DNA of 64,000 nt, taken from Escherichia phage S143_2. Within the stretch, counting starts at the first letter, position 1. Each line of letters starts with the position of its first letter. This document shows, in pieces, positions 43,062 through 53,467 of the stretch. The stretch lies in sequence record MZ189261.1. One strand, written 5' to 3'. The translations under genes and the position numbers were made by a program. Under the pieces are notes generated by a model. The model saw only the letters and a program-made list of their open reading frames with translations, made no database searches and was not told the DNA's origin.

Positions 43062-43874
43062 ATGATCAAAGAACAACTTTTGAAAGAAGCTCAGAACATC
43101 GAGACTTCAGTTGCTCTTAATAGTGTTTTCGAATCAGTAGAACTGTCTCCGGACGTTAAAGCTAATTTCAGCACTGTATTCGAAGCCACCGTTAAGCAGG
43201 AAGCAGTCAAACTGGCTGAATCTCATATCAAAGCCATCGCCGAAAAGGCCGAAGAAGAAGTTGAAAAGGCTAAAGAAGATGCTGAAGAGAAAGCTGATAA
43301 AAAATTGGCTGAACAAGCTTCTAAATTCCTAGACCATCTTGCAAAAGAATGGCTCGCAGAAAACCAAATCGCAGTTGATAAAGGCATTAAAGCTGATTTG
43401 TTCGAATCCATGCTTGGTGGTCTGAAAGAACTGTTTGTTGAACATAACGTTGTTGTTCCAGAAGAATCTGTAGATGTTGTAGCAGAAATGGAAGAAGAGC
43501 TGGCCGAACATAAAGAAGAAACCGCTCGTTTGTTCGAAGAAGTTACCAAACGTGATGCATATATCAATTACGTTCAGCGTGAAACCGCTATTAATGAAAG
43601 CGTAAAAGACCTGACTGAATCTCAGAAAGAAAAAGTTATTGGCCTGGTTGAAGGTATGGATTATTCTGACGCATTTGGTACTAAGTTAACTGCTATTGTA
43701 GAAATGGTTAAAGGTTCTACTAAAGAAGAAGCCGCTATCACCGAAAGTATAAATACAGTTGACAATGACGCTGCCGGTCTTAATTTTGTTGCCGAAGCAG
43801 TTGACACTACCACAACTCAGGTAGAACAGAATTCTAATGTAAGTTTATATGCGAAAGTCGCATCTCGTTTCTAA
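43062..43874 (+). CDS. 22: gp22 prohead core scaffold
   Basis: 270 aa acidic helical protein (T4 269 aa). Confidence 0.9.
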   Translation: MIKEQLLKEAQNIETSVALNSVFESVELSPDVKANFSTVFEATVKQEAVKLAESHIKAIAEKAEEEVEKAKEDAEEKADKKLAEQASKFLDHLAKEWLAENQIAVDKGIKADLFESMLGGLKELFVEHNVVVPEESVDVVAEMEEELAEHKEETARLFEEVTKRDAYINYVQRETAINESVKDLTESQKEKVIGLVEGMDYSDAFGTKLTAIVEMVKGSTKEEAAITESINTVDNDAAGLNFVAEAVDTTTTQVEQNSNVSLYAKVASRF

Positions 43875-43891
43875 TTTAAAGGTTAACACAA

Positions 43892-45460
43892 ATGACTACT
43901 ATCAAAACTAAAGCTCAGCTCGTAGACAAATGGAAAGAACTGCTGGAAGGCGAAGGCCTGCCGGAAATCGCTAATAGCAAGCAGGCTATTATCGCTAAAA
44001 TCTTCGAAAACCAGGAAAAAGATTTCGAAGTATCCCCTGAATATAAAGACGAGAAAATCGCTCAGGCATTTGGTTCTTTCTTGACCGAAGCTGAAATTGG
44101 TGGTGACCACGGTTATAATGCTCAGAACATCGCAGCAGGTCAAACCTCTGGTGCAGTAACCCAGATTGGGCCAGCAGTTATGGGTATGGTTCGTCGTGCT
44201 ATTCCTAATCTGATCGCTTTTGATATTTGTGGTGTTCAGCCTATGAACAGCCCGACCGGTCAGGTATTTGCTCTCCGTGCAGTATATGGTAAAGACCCTA
44301 TCGCTGCTGGCGCTAAAGAAGCTTTCCATCCGATGTATGCCCCGGACGCGATGTTCTCTGGTCAGGGTGCTGCTAAGAAATTCCCAGCTCTGGCTGCTGG
44401 CACACAAACCACAGCAGGTGATATCTATACTCACTTCTTCCAGGACACTGGTACTGTGTATTTGCAGGCTTCTGTTCAAGTAACAATTGATGCTGGCGCT
44501 ACCGATGCAACTAAATTAGATGCTGAAATTAAGAAACAAATGGAAGCCGGTGCACTGGTAGAAATCGCTGAAGGTATGGCCACTTCTATCGCTGAACTTC
44601 AGGAAGGCTTCAATGGTTCTACCGACAACCCGTGGAACGAAATGGGCTTCCGTATCGACAAACAAGTTATTGAAGCTAAATCTCGTCAGCTGAAAGCAGC
44701 TTACTCCATCGAATTGGCACAAGACCTCCGTGCAGTACACGGTATGGATGCTGATGCTGAACTGAGTGGTATTCTTGCTACTGAAATTATGCTGGAAATC
44801 AACCGTGAAGTTGTTGACTGGATTAACTACTCCGCTCAGGTTGGTAAATCTGGTATGACTAATATCGTTGGTTCTAAAGCTGGTGTATTTGACTTCCAGG
44901 ACCCGATTGATATCCGTGGTGCTCGTTGGGCCGGTGAAAGCTTTAAAGCTCTGTTGTTCCAGATTGATAAAGAAGCAGTTGAAATTGCTCGTCAAACCGG
45001 TCGTGGTGAAGGTAACTTCATTATCGCTTCCCGTAACGTAGTTAACGTACTGGCTTCAGTTGATACTGGTATTTCTTATGCTGCACAGGGTCTGGCTTCT
45101 GGTTTTAATACCGACACTACTAAGTCTGTATTTGCCGGTGTACTTGGTGGTAAATACCGCGTATACATCGACCAGTATGCTAAACAGGATTACTTCACCG
45201 TTGGTTACAAAGGCGCTAACGAAATGGATGCAGGTATTTACTATGCTCCTTACGTTGCACTTACCCCACTGCGTGGTTCCGATCCTAAGAACTTCCAGCC
45301 GGTAATGGGCTTTAAAACTCGTTACGGTATCGGTGTTAACCCGTTTGCTGAAAGTTCCCTGCAGGCTCCAGGTGCTCGCATCCAGTCCGGTATGCCGTCT
45401 ATCCTGAACAGCCTTGGTAAGAACGCTTACTTTAGACGCGTCTACGTTAAAGGAATTTAA
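43892..45460 (+). CDS. 23: gp23 major capsid protein
   Basis: 522 aa (T4 521 aa). Confidence 0.95.
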   Translation: MTTIKTKAQLVDKWKELLEGEGLPEIANSKQAIIAKIFENQEKDFEVSPEYKDEKIAQAFGSFLTEAEIGGDHGYNAQNIAAGQTSGAVTQIGPAVMGMVRRAIPNLIAFDICGVQPMNSPTGQVFALRAVYGKDPIAAGAKEAFHPMYAPDAMFSGQGAAKKFPALAAGTQTTAGDIYTHFFQDTGTVYLQASVQVTIDAGATDATKLDAEIKKQMEAGALVEIAEGMATSIAELQEGFNGSTDNPWNEMGFRIDKQVIEAKSRQLKAAYSIELAQDLRAVHGMDADAELSGILATEIMLEINREVVDWINYSAQVGKSGMTNIVGSKAGVFDFQDPIDIRGARWAGESFKALLFQIDKEAVEIARQTGRGEGNFIIASRNVVNVLASVDTGISYAAQGLASGFNTDTTKSVFAGVLGGKYRVYIDQYAKQDYFTVGYKGANEMDAGIYYAPYVALTPLRGSDPKNFQPVMGFKTRYGIGVNPFAESSLQAPGARIQSGMPSILNSLGKNAYFRRVYVKGI

Positions 45461-45489
45461 TGCTTTAACGTTAAAATACATAACCTTAT

Positions 45490-45515
45490 GGGAGACTTCG
45501 GTCTCCCATTTTTGG
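45490..45515 (+). terminator. rho-independent terminator after gene 23
   Basis: GGGAGACTTCGGTCTCCC followed by ATTTTTGG. Confidence 0.8.
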
Positions 45516-45517
45516 TT

Positions 45518-45787
45518 TTATTTCTGTGCAATTTCGATGTAAGTTTTCAAAATATTTTGCCAATTAGGCATACCTTCTTGGACATATGCCGGAGAACCGT
45601 CTTTGTTTTTGAATGATGCAAGTTTATCAGTGGCCCAATAACCTTTAGCTCGAGCTTCAGAATCAACTTTCATCCATACTTTGTTGAAGGCGTTACCATT
45701 AACTTTTGCACCATATTTTTCTACCAACTTAACTGCTTCAGCTTCTAGAACTTTTAAAGTATCTCGTAAGAAACGTGCTTTAGTCAT
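45518..45787 (-). CDS. hypothetical protein (89 aa), antisense to the head gene cluster
   Basis: ORF with GGAG SD; occupies the 23-24 interval where T4 has segD as I recall. Confidence 0.55.
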   Translation of the reverse strand: MTKARFLRDTLKVLEAEAVKLVEKYGAKVNGNAFNKVWMKVDSEARAKGYWATDKLASFKNKDGSPAYVQEGMPNWQNILKTYIEIAQK

Positions 45788-45850
45788 TTTGTTTACTCCT
45801 CTGTAGTTGATAAGTTTATAGTATCACATACCAAATACGTTGTAAACAAT
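45783..45850 (-). promoter_or_regulatory. promoter/RBS/start cassette (copy B) with GTTTAC -35 box
   Basis: 44 of 46 nt identical to 8341-8386; -35 GTTTAC on minus strand at 45843-45848. Confidence 0.6.
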
Positions 45851-45853
45851 CTT

Positions 45854-45861
45854 TATAAATA
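45854..45861 (+). promoter_or_regulatory. late promoter TATAAATA upstream of gene 24
   Basis: Exact octamer. Confidence 0.65.
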
Positions 45862-45888
45862 ATCTATATCACATAAGGAAAAAATGCA

Positions 45889-47172
45889 ATGAGTAAAATC
45901 CAAAAATTATTGCGTGAATCTACAACGTCTACTAGCAACTCAATTGGTCGCCCAAATCTCGTTGCTTTGACTCGCGCTACGACTAAATTAATATATTCTG
46001 ACATTGTAGCAACACAAAGAACTAATCAACCTGTTGCTGCTTTTTATGGTATCAAATATCTTAACCCAGATAACGAATTCACATTTAAAACTGGTGCTAC
46101 TTATGCTGGCGAAGTTGGATATGTAGACCGAGAAAAAATTACTGAGCTCACAGAAGAATCAAAAGTCACACTAAATAAAGGCGATTTTTTCAAATATAAT
46201 AATATCGTCTATAAAGTGTTAGAAGATACACCATTTGCAGATATTCAAGAAAGTGATCTAGAATTAGCTCTTCAGATTGCAGTCGTTCATTTAAAGGTAC
46301 GGTTATTTTCAGATGCAGCGGTAACAAGCAAATTTGAAAGTTCTGGTAGCGAAATTTCTGATGCAAGATTCCAGATTAATAAATGGCAAACTTCGGTCAA
46401 ATCTCGTAAACTTAAAACAGGTCTCACGGTTGAATTAGCGCAAGATTTGGAAGCGAATGGATTTGATGCCCCTAACTTCTTAGAAGATTTGCTTGCTACT
46501 GAAATGGCTGATGAAATTAATAAAGATATTCTTCAGTCTTTAATTACTGTATCGAAACGCTATAAAGTTACTGGAATTACTGACACCGGATTTATTGACT
46601 TGAGCTATGCGTCCGCTCCAGAAGCAGGTCGTTCGTTATATCGAATGGTGTGTGAAATGGTATCACACATTCAAAAAGAGACAACTTATACTGCAACGTT
46701 TTGTGTAGCCTCAGCTCGTGCAGCTGCTATTCTTGCTGCTTCCGGTTGGTTAAAACATAAGCCAGAAGATGACAAGTATCTTTCACAAAATGCTTATGGA
46801 TTCTTGGCAAATGGATTACCTCTTTACTGCGATACCAACAGTCCGTTAGATTATGTTATTGTGGGTGTTGTAGAAAATATCGGCGAAAAAGAAATTGTAG
46901 GGTCCATCTTTTATGCTCCATACACTGAAGGAGTAGATTTAGATGACCCGGAACATGTCGGTGCATTTAAAGTTGTAGTTGATCCAGAAAGCTTGCAACC
47001 GTCTATCGGATTATTGGTTAGATACGCTTTATCAGCAAATCCTTACACAGTAGCAAAAGATGAAAAAGAAGCGAGAATAATTGATGGCGGGGACATGGAT
47101 AAAATGGCAGGACGTTCAGACTTGTCTGTTTTACTCGGTGTTAAATTGCCTAAAATCATCGTTGATGAATAA
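45889..47172 (+). CDS. 24: gp24 capsid vertex protein
   Basis: 427 aa as T4 gp24. Confidence 0.93.
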   Translation: MSKIQKLLRESTTSTSNSIGRPNLVALTRATTKLIYSDIVATQRTNQPVAAFYGIKYLNPDNEFTFKTGATYAGEVGYVDREKITELTEESKVTLNKGDFFKYNNIVYKVLEDTPFADIQESDLELALQIAVVHLKVRLFSDAAVTSKFESSGSEISDARFQINKWQTSVKSRKLKTGLTVELAQDLEANGFDAPNFLEDLLATEMADEINKDILQSLITVSKRYKVTGITDTGFIDLSYASAPEAGRSLYRMVCEMVSHIQKETTYTATFCVASARAAAILAASGWLKHKPEDDKYLSQNAYGFLANGLPLYCDTNSPLDYVIVGVVENIGEKEIVGSIFYAPYTEGVDLDDPEHVGAFKVVVDPESLQPSIGLLVRYALSANPYTVAKDEKEARIIDGGDMDKMAGRSDLSVLLGVKLPKIIVDE

Positions 47173-47201
47173 AAAAAAAGGGACCTTACGGTCCCTTTTT
47201 C
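47173..47201. terminator. bidirectional terminator between gene 24 and rnlB
   Basis: AAAAAAAAAGGGACCTTACGGTCCCTTTTT. Confidence 0.8.
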
Positions 47202-47202
47202 G

Positions 47203-48201
47203 TTATGATACTAATTCAATCCATGCAGGACGCAGAACATCTTGCACCATTCGGACTAATTCTTTCTTAACAAGATTCGGATTATCAGATGATGTTAATA
47301 CAATACCTTCACGAGAAGTTTCTTCCAGAATATCTTGAACAGTCAATCCCATCACTTTGCCAAAATCTTTTGGCGTTACAGTCCCAATCTTAGAAATAAC
47401 ATTATTAACACGATTTAATGTAACATAACAAGCTAGAACACCAAGCAAGTTTTTGTCAATTTCGGTTAATGGAACCTGAGTTTTAATAGGCTTATCAGAC
47501 TTTTTCTTTTCACTGAATTTAGAGTTCTTGCACTTAATAGCTACACGAGTACCGTTTGGCAGCCATTTAGGGAAACAAGGCTTCAGAACATAACCTTCTG
47601 CTGTATTATTGCCAATAACATTAGCATCAAATACACAATTATTTGCTTCTACAAGGTCTTCTGACGCAGTAGCATTATAAGCGGCTAAGACTGAATCAAG
47701 GTCGTTTGGAATCATGATAAGAGCATCAAATGTTCCACGACCAAGCATTGGTGCCATTTTAAAACCGAATTCATTACAGAAATCTTGCATTTCGTAATCG
47801 GTCAAATACGTATTATCACCACTTTCTGTATTGATAATGATATCGAACACATAAAAATCTTTTTCACCGTAGTCAACACCTTTCTGGATTCCACCACCAG
47901 CGAATTCACCGAATACTTGATATGATACGGCTCGAGCTTCGTGCATTAATTCCTGAACGGCTTTAATAGCCTTATCATACTTCTTGAGTACGATTTCATA
48001 GCCGTAAAAATCTTCTGCTGGAAGAATAGGGCCTGTGCGCTTGGCGCATGTGACGTTGTCACGTTCAATTATTAACGAGAAGTTGGTCCCGTGGATTTTC
48101 TCACGTGCTACCCAAACACCAGTAGTCAAACCATTAGTGTAGAGTTTTTCAATAAACTTAGAGTTGTAGTGGTTTTCAAGACTGCTGTATTTCTTAAACA
48201 T
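47203..48201 (-). CDS. rnlB: RNA ligase 2
   Basis: [21 protein letters not shown]...KIHGTN motif I; near-identical to T4 Rnl2 as recalled. Confidence 0.93.
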   Translation of the reverse strand: MFKKYSSLENHYNSKFIEKLYTNGLTTGVWVAREKIHGTNFSLIIERDNVTCAKRTGPILPAEDFYGYEIVLKKYDKAIKAVQELMHEARAVSYQVFGEFAGGGIQKGVDYGEKDFYVFDIIINTESGDNTYLTDYEMQDFCNEFGFKMAPMLGRGTFDALIMIPNDLDSVLAAYNATASEDLVEANNCVFDANVIGNNTAEGYVLKPCFPKWLPNGTRVAIKCKNSKFSEKKKSDKPIKTQVPLTEIDKNLLGVLACYVTLNRVNNVISKIGTVTPKDFGKVMGLTVQDILEETSREGIVLTSSDNPNLVKKELVRMVQDVLRPAWIELVS

Positions 48202-48289
48202 AAATCACCATTATAAATAATAATATCAAAATAATTAGCAGAGACTCTATCTCCGACCCGATGTTTAATTTGAATGGATAGAACCTAGA

Positions 48290-48318
48290 TTCATTATACC
48301 ATCAAAAAATGTAAAGCA
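48290..48318 (-). promoter_or_regulatory. sigma70-type early promoter (CTTTAC, 17-bp spacer, extended TGgTATAAT)
   Basis: Read on minus strand upstream of rnlB. Confidence 0.55.
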
Positions 48319-48320
48319 TA

Positions 48321-48572
48321 CTAGAACTTGATTTCTATCCAGTGCCCATCACGTTGGTCGTGATTAATTTTGTACTGAAAGCCGTTATCACGGAACCACT
48401 GGCCGATTTGCTCGGTGATAGTTAAATCATTCTTTGACGGATAGTATGTAAATTGTGTCTGGCCTTTGTCAGCGGCTTTCTCTGCCATCACAGAGAAGTT
48501 AGTAATAAAATCTTTCAACAAATTGGCTTTAGTGGCCAGGGCCCTTTCTCTTAATTCCTGTGCAAAACTCAT
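48321..48572 (-). CDS. hypothetical protein (83 aa)
   Basis: ORF in T4 24.2/24.3 position. Confidence 0.5.
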   Translation of the reverse strand: MSFAQELRERALATKANLLKDFITNFSVMAEKAADKGQTQFTYYPSKNDLTITEQIGQWFRDNGFQYKINHDQRDGHWIEIKF

Positions 48573-48769
48573 TTCTTCACCTTTCTGTTAATCAAACGTT
48601 TACGGTATACAACTTTTTCTTTTGCTTTAAACTTTGACCGAGCTGTCTCGGCTTTAGTCCATAGTAATCCAACTTCTTTAGGTTGTAAACCGATTTTTTG
48701 AGCAATTTCTACGAATGAAAATCCCGCCTCATGTAATGTATAAACTTCAACTTCAGCTCTCATAATCAA
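48569..48769 (-). CDS. hypothetical protein (66 aa), possible helix-turn-helix
   Basis: EAGFSFVEIAQKIGLQPKEV resembles an HTH. Confidence 0.45.
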   Translation of the reverse strand: MIMRAEVEVYTLHEAGFSFVEIAQKIGLQPKEVGLLWTKAETARSKFKAKEKVVYRKRLINRKVKK

Positions 48770-48862
48770 TCCCGTATTATTTGGTTTGTGCCATTATACA
48801 TCAATCTCAAGATGTGTTTTGTATGCTTTAAAAACGAAGAAAGGGGCCGAAGCCCCTTACGA

Positions 48863-49993
48863 TTATGGATATGTATAGATGATACCAGTTTCTAAAGCAG
48901 TTTTATGGATGATGTATCCATTACGTGATTCTTGAACATCAACTTCTGGATAATCTTGTATCATCTTCTGAAGGGTGTAACGATGCAGGTAATATTTACT
49001 ATCTGGGTCGTCAGTTTTCCAATCTTTACCTTCTTCAGTCATTTTTTGGATTTCATCCATAACCCACCAACCACACCAGATATAAGCTGAAGTACGATGT
49101 GGAAGAGGATGAACATAAGGTAGTTCACCTTCTGGTTCTGGAGCAACTTTATCAGTTACCTGAACTTGACCTTCTGCTGTAATAGTTTTGCTATCGTAAT
49201 CAGTTGCAGTAATAGTTGCAGTAACTTCAATAGTTTGACTTCCAATAGATGATGTATCAACGGTGTATACGTTAGTTGACCCTTCCACAGGAGAAGAATC
49301 TTTCTTCCATGAATATTCGATTTGCGCTTCTTCAGGAGCATCGGTTACATTAGCAGTAAATGTAGCCGAAGCATCTTGATGAACGTTAATAGAAGGAGGA
49401 GTCAATGTAACCTGTGGATTCATTGTCTTCTTATTAACCGTTAATGATACTTCATTCGAAGTAACTTCCTTTGCATCATAATCTGTTGCGGTTACTTGGG
49501 CTACACATTTAATTCTTTTTACACCACTTGTAGTTGGAGTATAGCTAAATGTAGAGTTAGTTTCTCCACCAATTTGAGAATCATCAACATACCATTGATA
49601 CGTAGCAGATGCGCCTGATGGCTGTGAAGCTAAGGCGGCAGTAAATTGAACTGGGGTTCCAATTACTCCAGCTGAAGGACTATTAGGAGTTACTGCCAAT
49701 GTAGTTGACTGAGTTTTATTTTTAACCGTGATAGTCGTAGTAATTTCTGCTGTTTCAGCGTCAGTATCAGGAATAGTATTTGTTGCAACAACTTTAATTG
49801 TTTTTGTTCCAGCAGGTCCTTTTAACACATAATCAAAAGTTTCTGCCGATCCTACTTGAGGAGCATCGTCTACACTCCATGCATAGGTAATAGTTCCACC
49901 TCCAGTTTCACCACTGGGAGTAGCAGTAAACTGCTGAGTCTGATCTATAACTCCAGTAGGTGTTTTAGGAGTTATATCAACTGTAAAAGCCAT
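48863..49993 (-). CDS. hoc: highly immunogenic outer capsid protein
   Basis: 376 aa, MAFTVDITPKTPTGVIDQTQQFTATPSG... near-identical to T4 Hoc as recalled. Confidence 0.93.
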   Translation of the reverse strand: MAFTVDITPKTPTGVIDQTQQFTATPSGETGGGTITYAWSVDDAPQVGSAETFDYVLKGPAGTKTIKVVATNTIPDTDAETAEITTTITVKNKTQSTTLAVTPNSPSAGVIGTPVQFTAALASQPSGASATYQWYVDDSQIGGETNSTFSYTPTTSGVKRIKCVAQVTATDYDAKEVTSNEVSLTVNKKTMNPQVTLTPPSINVHQDASATFTANVTDAPEEAQIEYSWKKDSSPVEGSTNVYTVDTSSIGSQTIEVTATITATDYDSKTITAEGQVQVTDKVAPEPEGELPYVHPLPHRTSAYIWCGWWVMDEIQKMTEEGKDWKTDDPDSKYYLHRYTLQKMIQDYPEVDVQESRNGYIIHKTALETGIIYTYP

Positions 49994-50002
49994 AAGTTAT
50001 CC

Positions 50003-50671
50003 TTATTTTAATGTTACGAAAGAAGAATTACGAGATTCACGAATTAGAACTGATCCATCGCGATTAATATAATAAATTAAGCTAAATAATGTTTGGTGAG
50101 CAGAAGCATGCACAAAACTAGTTGGGCGAGATTTCCAATCAGGCGTTTCGGCTATCCATTGATAAATCCACCAAGGAACAGTAACATATCCTGGGCTTTT
50201 GCCTAATTTAATGAGTGTAGGACTAAAATTTTCAGGCAGAACAAATGTTACTTCTTTATTTACCTCTGCCTCAGGCTCTTTTTCAGATTCAACAACCTGA
50301 GTAATTGCTTCTTCGAATTTATCATGGTCGAATTCTTTTTCTTGTTCGACAACTTCTAATACTTCAACTTGTTCTGTTGGAGAATCAAACAACAGAATAG
50401 CTTCTTCTTTAACTTCTTCGTTGGTGAAATTAACACCGTCCACATCATCTGCGGCAGTAATTAAATCGGTGATAGATAATCCATCAGTTTCAGGTAATGG
50501 TTCATCAGCCAGTGCGTTAAGAGCTTCTTCGATATCAATAACAATATTATCAAATGATTTTGTTTTCTTAACACTAATGCCAAATTGTTCCGCATATTCA
50601 AACAGTTTAGCTTTAGCTTCCTTTTTATCAGAAAGAGCACGTAACTCTTCAATATAGTCTTTATCGATCAT
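50003..50671 (-). CDS. inh: inhibitor of prohead protease
   Basis: 222 aa (T4 226 aa); synteny after hoc. Confidence 0.8.
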   Translation of the reverse strand: MIDKDYIEELRALSDKKEAKAKLFEYAEQFGISVKKTKSFDNIVIDIEEALNALADEPLPETDGLSITDLITAADDVDGVNFTNEEVKEEAILLFDSPTEQVEVLEVVEQEKEFDHDKFEEAITQVVESEKEPEAEVNKEVTFVLPENFSPTLIKLGKSPGYVTVPWWIYQWIAETPDWKSRPTSFVHASAHQTLFSLIYYINRDGSVLIRESRNSSFVTLK

Positions 50672-50684
50672 GATATTTCCTCAT

Positions 50685-50692
50685 TATAAATA
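50685..50692 (+). promoter_or_regulatory. late promoter TATAAATA upstream of uvsW
   Basis: Exact octamer 30 nt before the ATG. Confidence 0.65.
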
Positions 50693-50721
50693 TAACTATA
50701 TTTATTACATGGTAATTTGAC

Positions 50722-52236
50722 ATGACTGACATTAAAGTACATTTTTATGATTTTAGTCACGTGCGCATTGAATGCGACGAAAGTACGTTTTACGAACTTC
50801 GTGACTTTTTTAGTTTTGAAGCTGACGGGTATAAATTTAACCCAAAATATCGCTATGGGCAATGGGATGGTAGAATTCGACTTTTAGATTACAATCGTTT
50901 GTTACCATATGGACTTGTAGGACAAATAAAAAAGTTCTGTAACAATATGAGTTATTCTGTATGGATTGACCCTAAAATCTTTGAGACTGAAGACCTTACC
51001 AGGGAAGATTTTGACGCATGGCTTTCTAAACAAGAAATTTATTCGGGCAACGCCAAAATCGAACCACATTGGTATCAAAAAGATGCAGTATACGAAGGAT
51101 TAGTTAATCGTCGTCGAATTTTAAACCTTCCGACATCAGCAGGTAAATCACTAATCCAAGCACTTTTAGCTCGATATTATCTAGAGAACTATGAAGGTAA
51201 AATTCTCATTATCGTCCCTACAACAGCATTGACAACCCAGATGGCTAATGATTTTGTTGATTATCGCTTGTTTAGTCATTCGATGATTAAGAAAATTGGC
51301 GGTGGTGCTGATAAAGCGGACAGAGCTAAAAACGACGCTCCAATTATTGTTGGCACATGGCAAACAGTAGTTAAGCAGCCTAAAGAATGGTTCTCTCAAT
51401 TCGGTATGATGATGAACGATGAATGCCACTTAGCGACAGGCAAAAGTATTTCTTCAATCATCTCAGGATTAAATAATTGCATGTTTAAATTCGGTTTATC
51501 TGGCTCATTAAGAGACGGAAAAGCCAATGTAATGCAGTATGTAGGTATGTTCGGTGAAATCTTCCGTCCTGTTAGCACGTCTAAATTAATGGAAGATGGA
51601 CAGGTAACTGAGCTTAAGATTAATAGTATTTTCCTTCGTTATCCAGATGAATTCGCCATTAAATTAAAAGGTAAAACATACCAAGAAGAAGTTAAAATTA
51701 TTACCGGACTAAAACGTCGTACAAAGTGGATTGCTCAACTTTCAGTCAAATTGGCTAAGAAAGACGAGAACGCCTTTGTAATGTTTAAACACGTTACACA
51801 CGGTAAAGAAATATTTGAAGCTATTAAAGAGCTTGGATACGAAAAAGTTTATTACGTATCAGGTGAAGTTGATACTGAAACACGTAACGCGCTTAAAGTC
51901 ATGGCAGAAAATGGTAAAGGCATTATTATTGTCGCATCATACGGAGTATTCTCTACTGGTATTTCAGTCAAGAATCTTCATCATGTTATTTTTGCTCATG
52001 GTGTTAAATCAAAAATTATCGTACTTCAAACCGTAGGTCGTGTGCTTCGTAAGCATGGTTCTAAAGCTGTTGCTACAGTTTGGGATCTCATCGATGACGC
52101 AGGTGTAAAACCTAAATCATTAAATACTAAAAAGAAGTATACTCATCTTAATTACTTGTTAAAACACGGTATTGATCGTATCCAACGTTACGCTGATGAG
52201 AAATTTAACTATGTAATGAAAACAATTAATTTATAA
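50722..52236 (+). CDS. uvsW: UvsW DNA/RNA helicase
   Basis: 504 aa; Walker A LPTSAGKS, DECH box. Confidence 0.9.
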   Translation: MTDIKVHFYDFSHVRIECDESTFYELRDFFSFEADGYKFNPKYRYGQWDGRIRLLDYNRLLPYGLVGQIKKFCNNMSYSVWIDPKIFETEDLTREDFDAWLSKQEIYSGNAKIEPHWYQKDAVYEGLVNRRRILNLPTSAGKSLIQALLARYYLENYEGKILIIVPTTALTTQMANDFVDYRLFSHSMIKKIGGGADKADRAKNDAPIIVGTWQTVVKQPKEWFSQFGMMMNDECHLATGKSISSIISGLNNCMFKFGLSGSLRDGKANVMQYVGMFGEIFRPVSTSKLMEDGQVTELKINSIFLRYPDEFAIKLKGKTYQEEVKIITGLKRRTKWIAQLSVKLAKKDENAFVMFKHVTHGKEIFEAIKELGYEKVYYVSGEVDTETRNALKVMAENGKGIIIVASYGVFSTGISVKNLHHVIFAHGVKSKIIVLQTVGRVLRKHGSKAVATVWDLIDDAGVKPKSLNTKKKYTHLNYLLKHGIDRIQRYADEKFNYVMKTINL

Positions 52237-52261
52237 GGGCTTCGGCCCTTAGGAGATAAAA

Positions 52262-52492
52262 ATGGTACTTGAATTTAAACAATTTTTATACGAAGCATCT
52301 ATTGACGAATTCATGGGTAAAATTGCTAGTTGTCATACCTTAGAAGGGCTTGAAGAATTGGAAGCTTATTATAAGAAACGTATAAAAGAAACGGAATTAA
52401 AAGATACAGATGATATTTCTGTCAGGGATGCCTTAGCAGGTAAGCGTGCCGAACTTGAAGGCGATGATGAGGATGCGGAAGAAGACTTCTAA
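52262..52492 (+). CDS. uvsW.1: UvsW.1
   Basis: 76 aa, separate frame, own AGGAG SD. Confidence 0.8.
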   Translation: MVLEFKQFLYEASIDEFMGKIASCHTLEGLEELEAYYKKRIKETELKDTDDISVRDALAGKRAELEGDDEDAEEDF

Positions 52493-52493
52493 T

Positions 52494-52524
52494 TAAAAAA
52501 AGGCCCGACCTTTTTGGAAGGGCC
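52494..52524 (-). terminator. rho-independent terminator (minus strand)
   Basis: Minus strand GGCCC...GGGCC hairpin followed by TTTTTTT. Confidence 0.6.
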
Positions 52525-52549
52525 AAAAACCATAGGCAAAAAGGTAACA

Positions 52550-52717
52550 CTATAGTAAAAGTTGGGTTTCGTTCAATTGCTCTTCTGAACTTTCTGAAAC
52601 CGGCAATTGTTGGACATAATTATAACAAGGACCAGGATGTGCTGGACCTTTGTCTGTTTCAACAACCAATGCAGAATCGATTGGAGTTTTACAGACAACA
52701 CAAATCTTATCTGACAT
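52550..52717 (-). CDS. hypothetical small Cys-containing protein (55 aa)
   Basis: Hand-translated MSDKICVVCKTPIDS...GPCYNYV; strong AGGAGG SD; below the ORF-track length cut-off. Confidence 0.5.
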   Translation of the reverse strand: MSDKICVVCKTPIDSALVVETDKGPAHPGPCYNYVQQLPVSESSEEQLNETQLLL

Positions 52718-52749
52718 GATTGCCTCCTAAGTTGAAATTACATATCTAT

Positions 52750-52974
52750 TTATACCACTCGCATGCACATATCGATACCCATATCTTTTGTATAAAAATA
52801 CTCGTCGATGTACCCGGCAAACTTCCCTTTAATATAAAGGACGTCTTCGCCACAAGGATGGTCTGCCAGGATACGAATATCCTGACGACGTAGACGATAC
52901 TTTTCCATTAAGAATTTAATTTCAGTTTCAAATTCTTCATCATTATTAAAGGCATCTTCAATTGAATAACGCAT
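52750..52974 (-). CDS. hypothetical protein (74 aa), uvsY-upstream ORF
   Basis: ORF in the T4 uvsY.-1/-2 position. Confidence 0.55.
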   Translation of the reverse strand: MRYSIEDAFNNDEEFETEIKFLMEKYRLRRQDIRILADHPCGEDVLYIKGKFAGYIDEYFYTKDMGIDMCMRVV

Positions 52975-53387
52975 TATTGCCCCGCTTCAAATTCTCGCAT
53001 ATCCTGGATATGTTTAAGTGCAAAACTACGAGATTTAACTGCGTCAAGTGCACCACTACAGAACTCAAGTAAAATTCCCCAGTATTGTAAAGTAGTCTCT
53101 ATTTTAAGCACATCTTTATCTGCGGCCAAGACAGTTTTCATTTCAGATTTCTCGTATCGGTCCATACTGAATTCATCACCGTCACCTCGTCCCGAGTAGT
53201 AGTCTAATCTTGCTTTTAGAGCAGTTTTCTTCTGAGTCTCTATACGCAACATTTCTTTACGAATAAATGAGTGCTTACGTAGCCATTTGCTGTATAACTT
53301 AACATTATTCGCTGTCTCATATTGCAACTTTGTCATATCAATAGCTAAGTCTGCGTCTAACTCTTCCTGTAAATCTTCCAGCTTCAT
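52974..53387 (-). CDS. uvsY: UvsY recombination mediator
   Basis: Start trimmed to MKLEDLQEEL (137 aa), near-identical to T4 UvsY as recalled. Confidence 0.92.
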   Translation of the reverse strand: MKLEDLQEELDADLAIDMTKLQYETANNVKLYSKWLRKHSFIRKEMLRIETQKKTALKARLDYYSGRGDGDEFSMDRYEKSEMKTVLAADKDVLKIETTLQYWGILLEFCSGALDAVKSRSFALKHIQDMREFEAGQ

Positions 53388-53467
53388 AATGTTCTCTCTT
53401 TTAACTAATAATCTCCCGGCTGTATCGGAAGGACCTAAAACCATTATACATAGGTTGCCTTGAAGCA

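Noticed and set aside
50722-52492. uvsW and uvsW.1 as a single frameshifted gene
   Set aside because: The two ORFs are in different frames, separated by 25 nt, and uvsW.1 has its own AGGAG SD; treated as separate genes.
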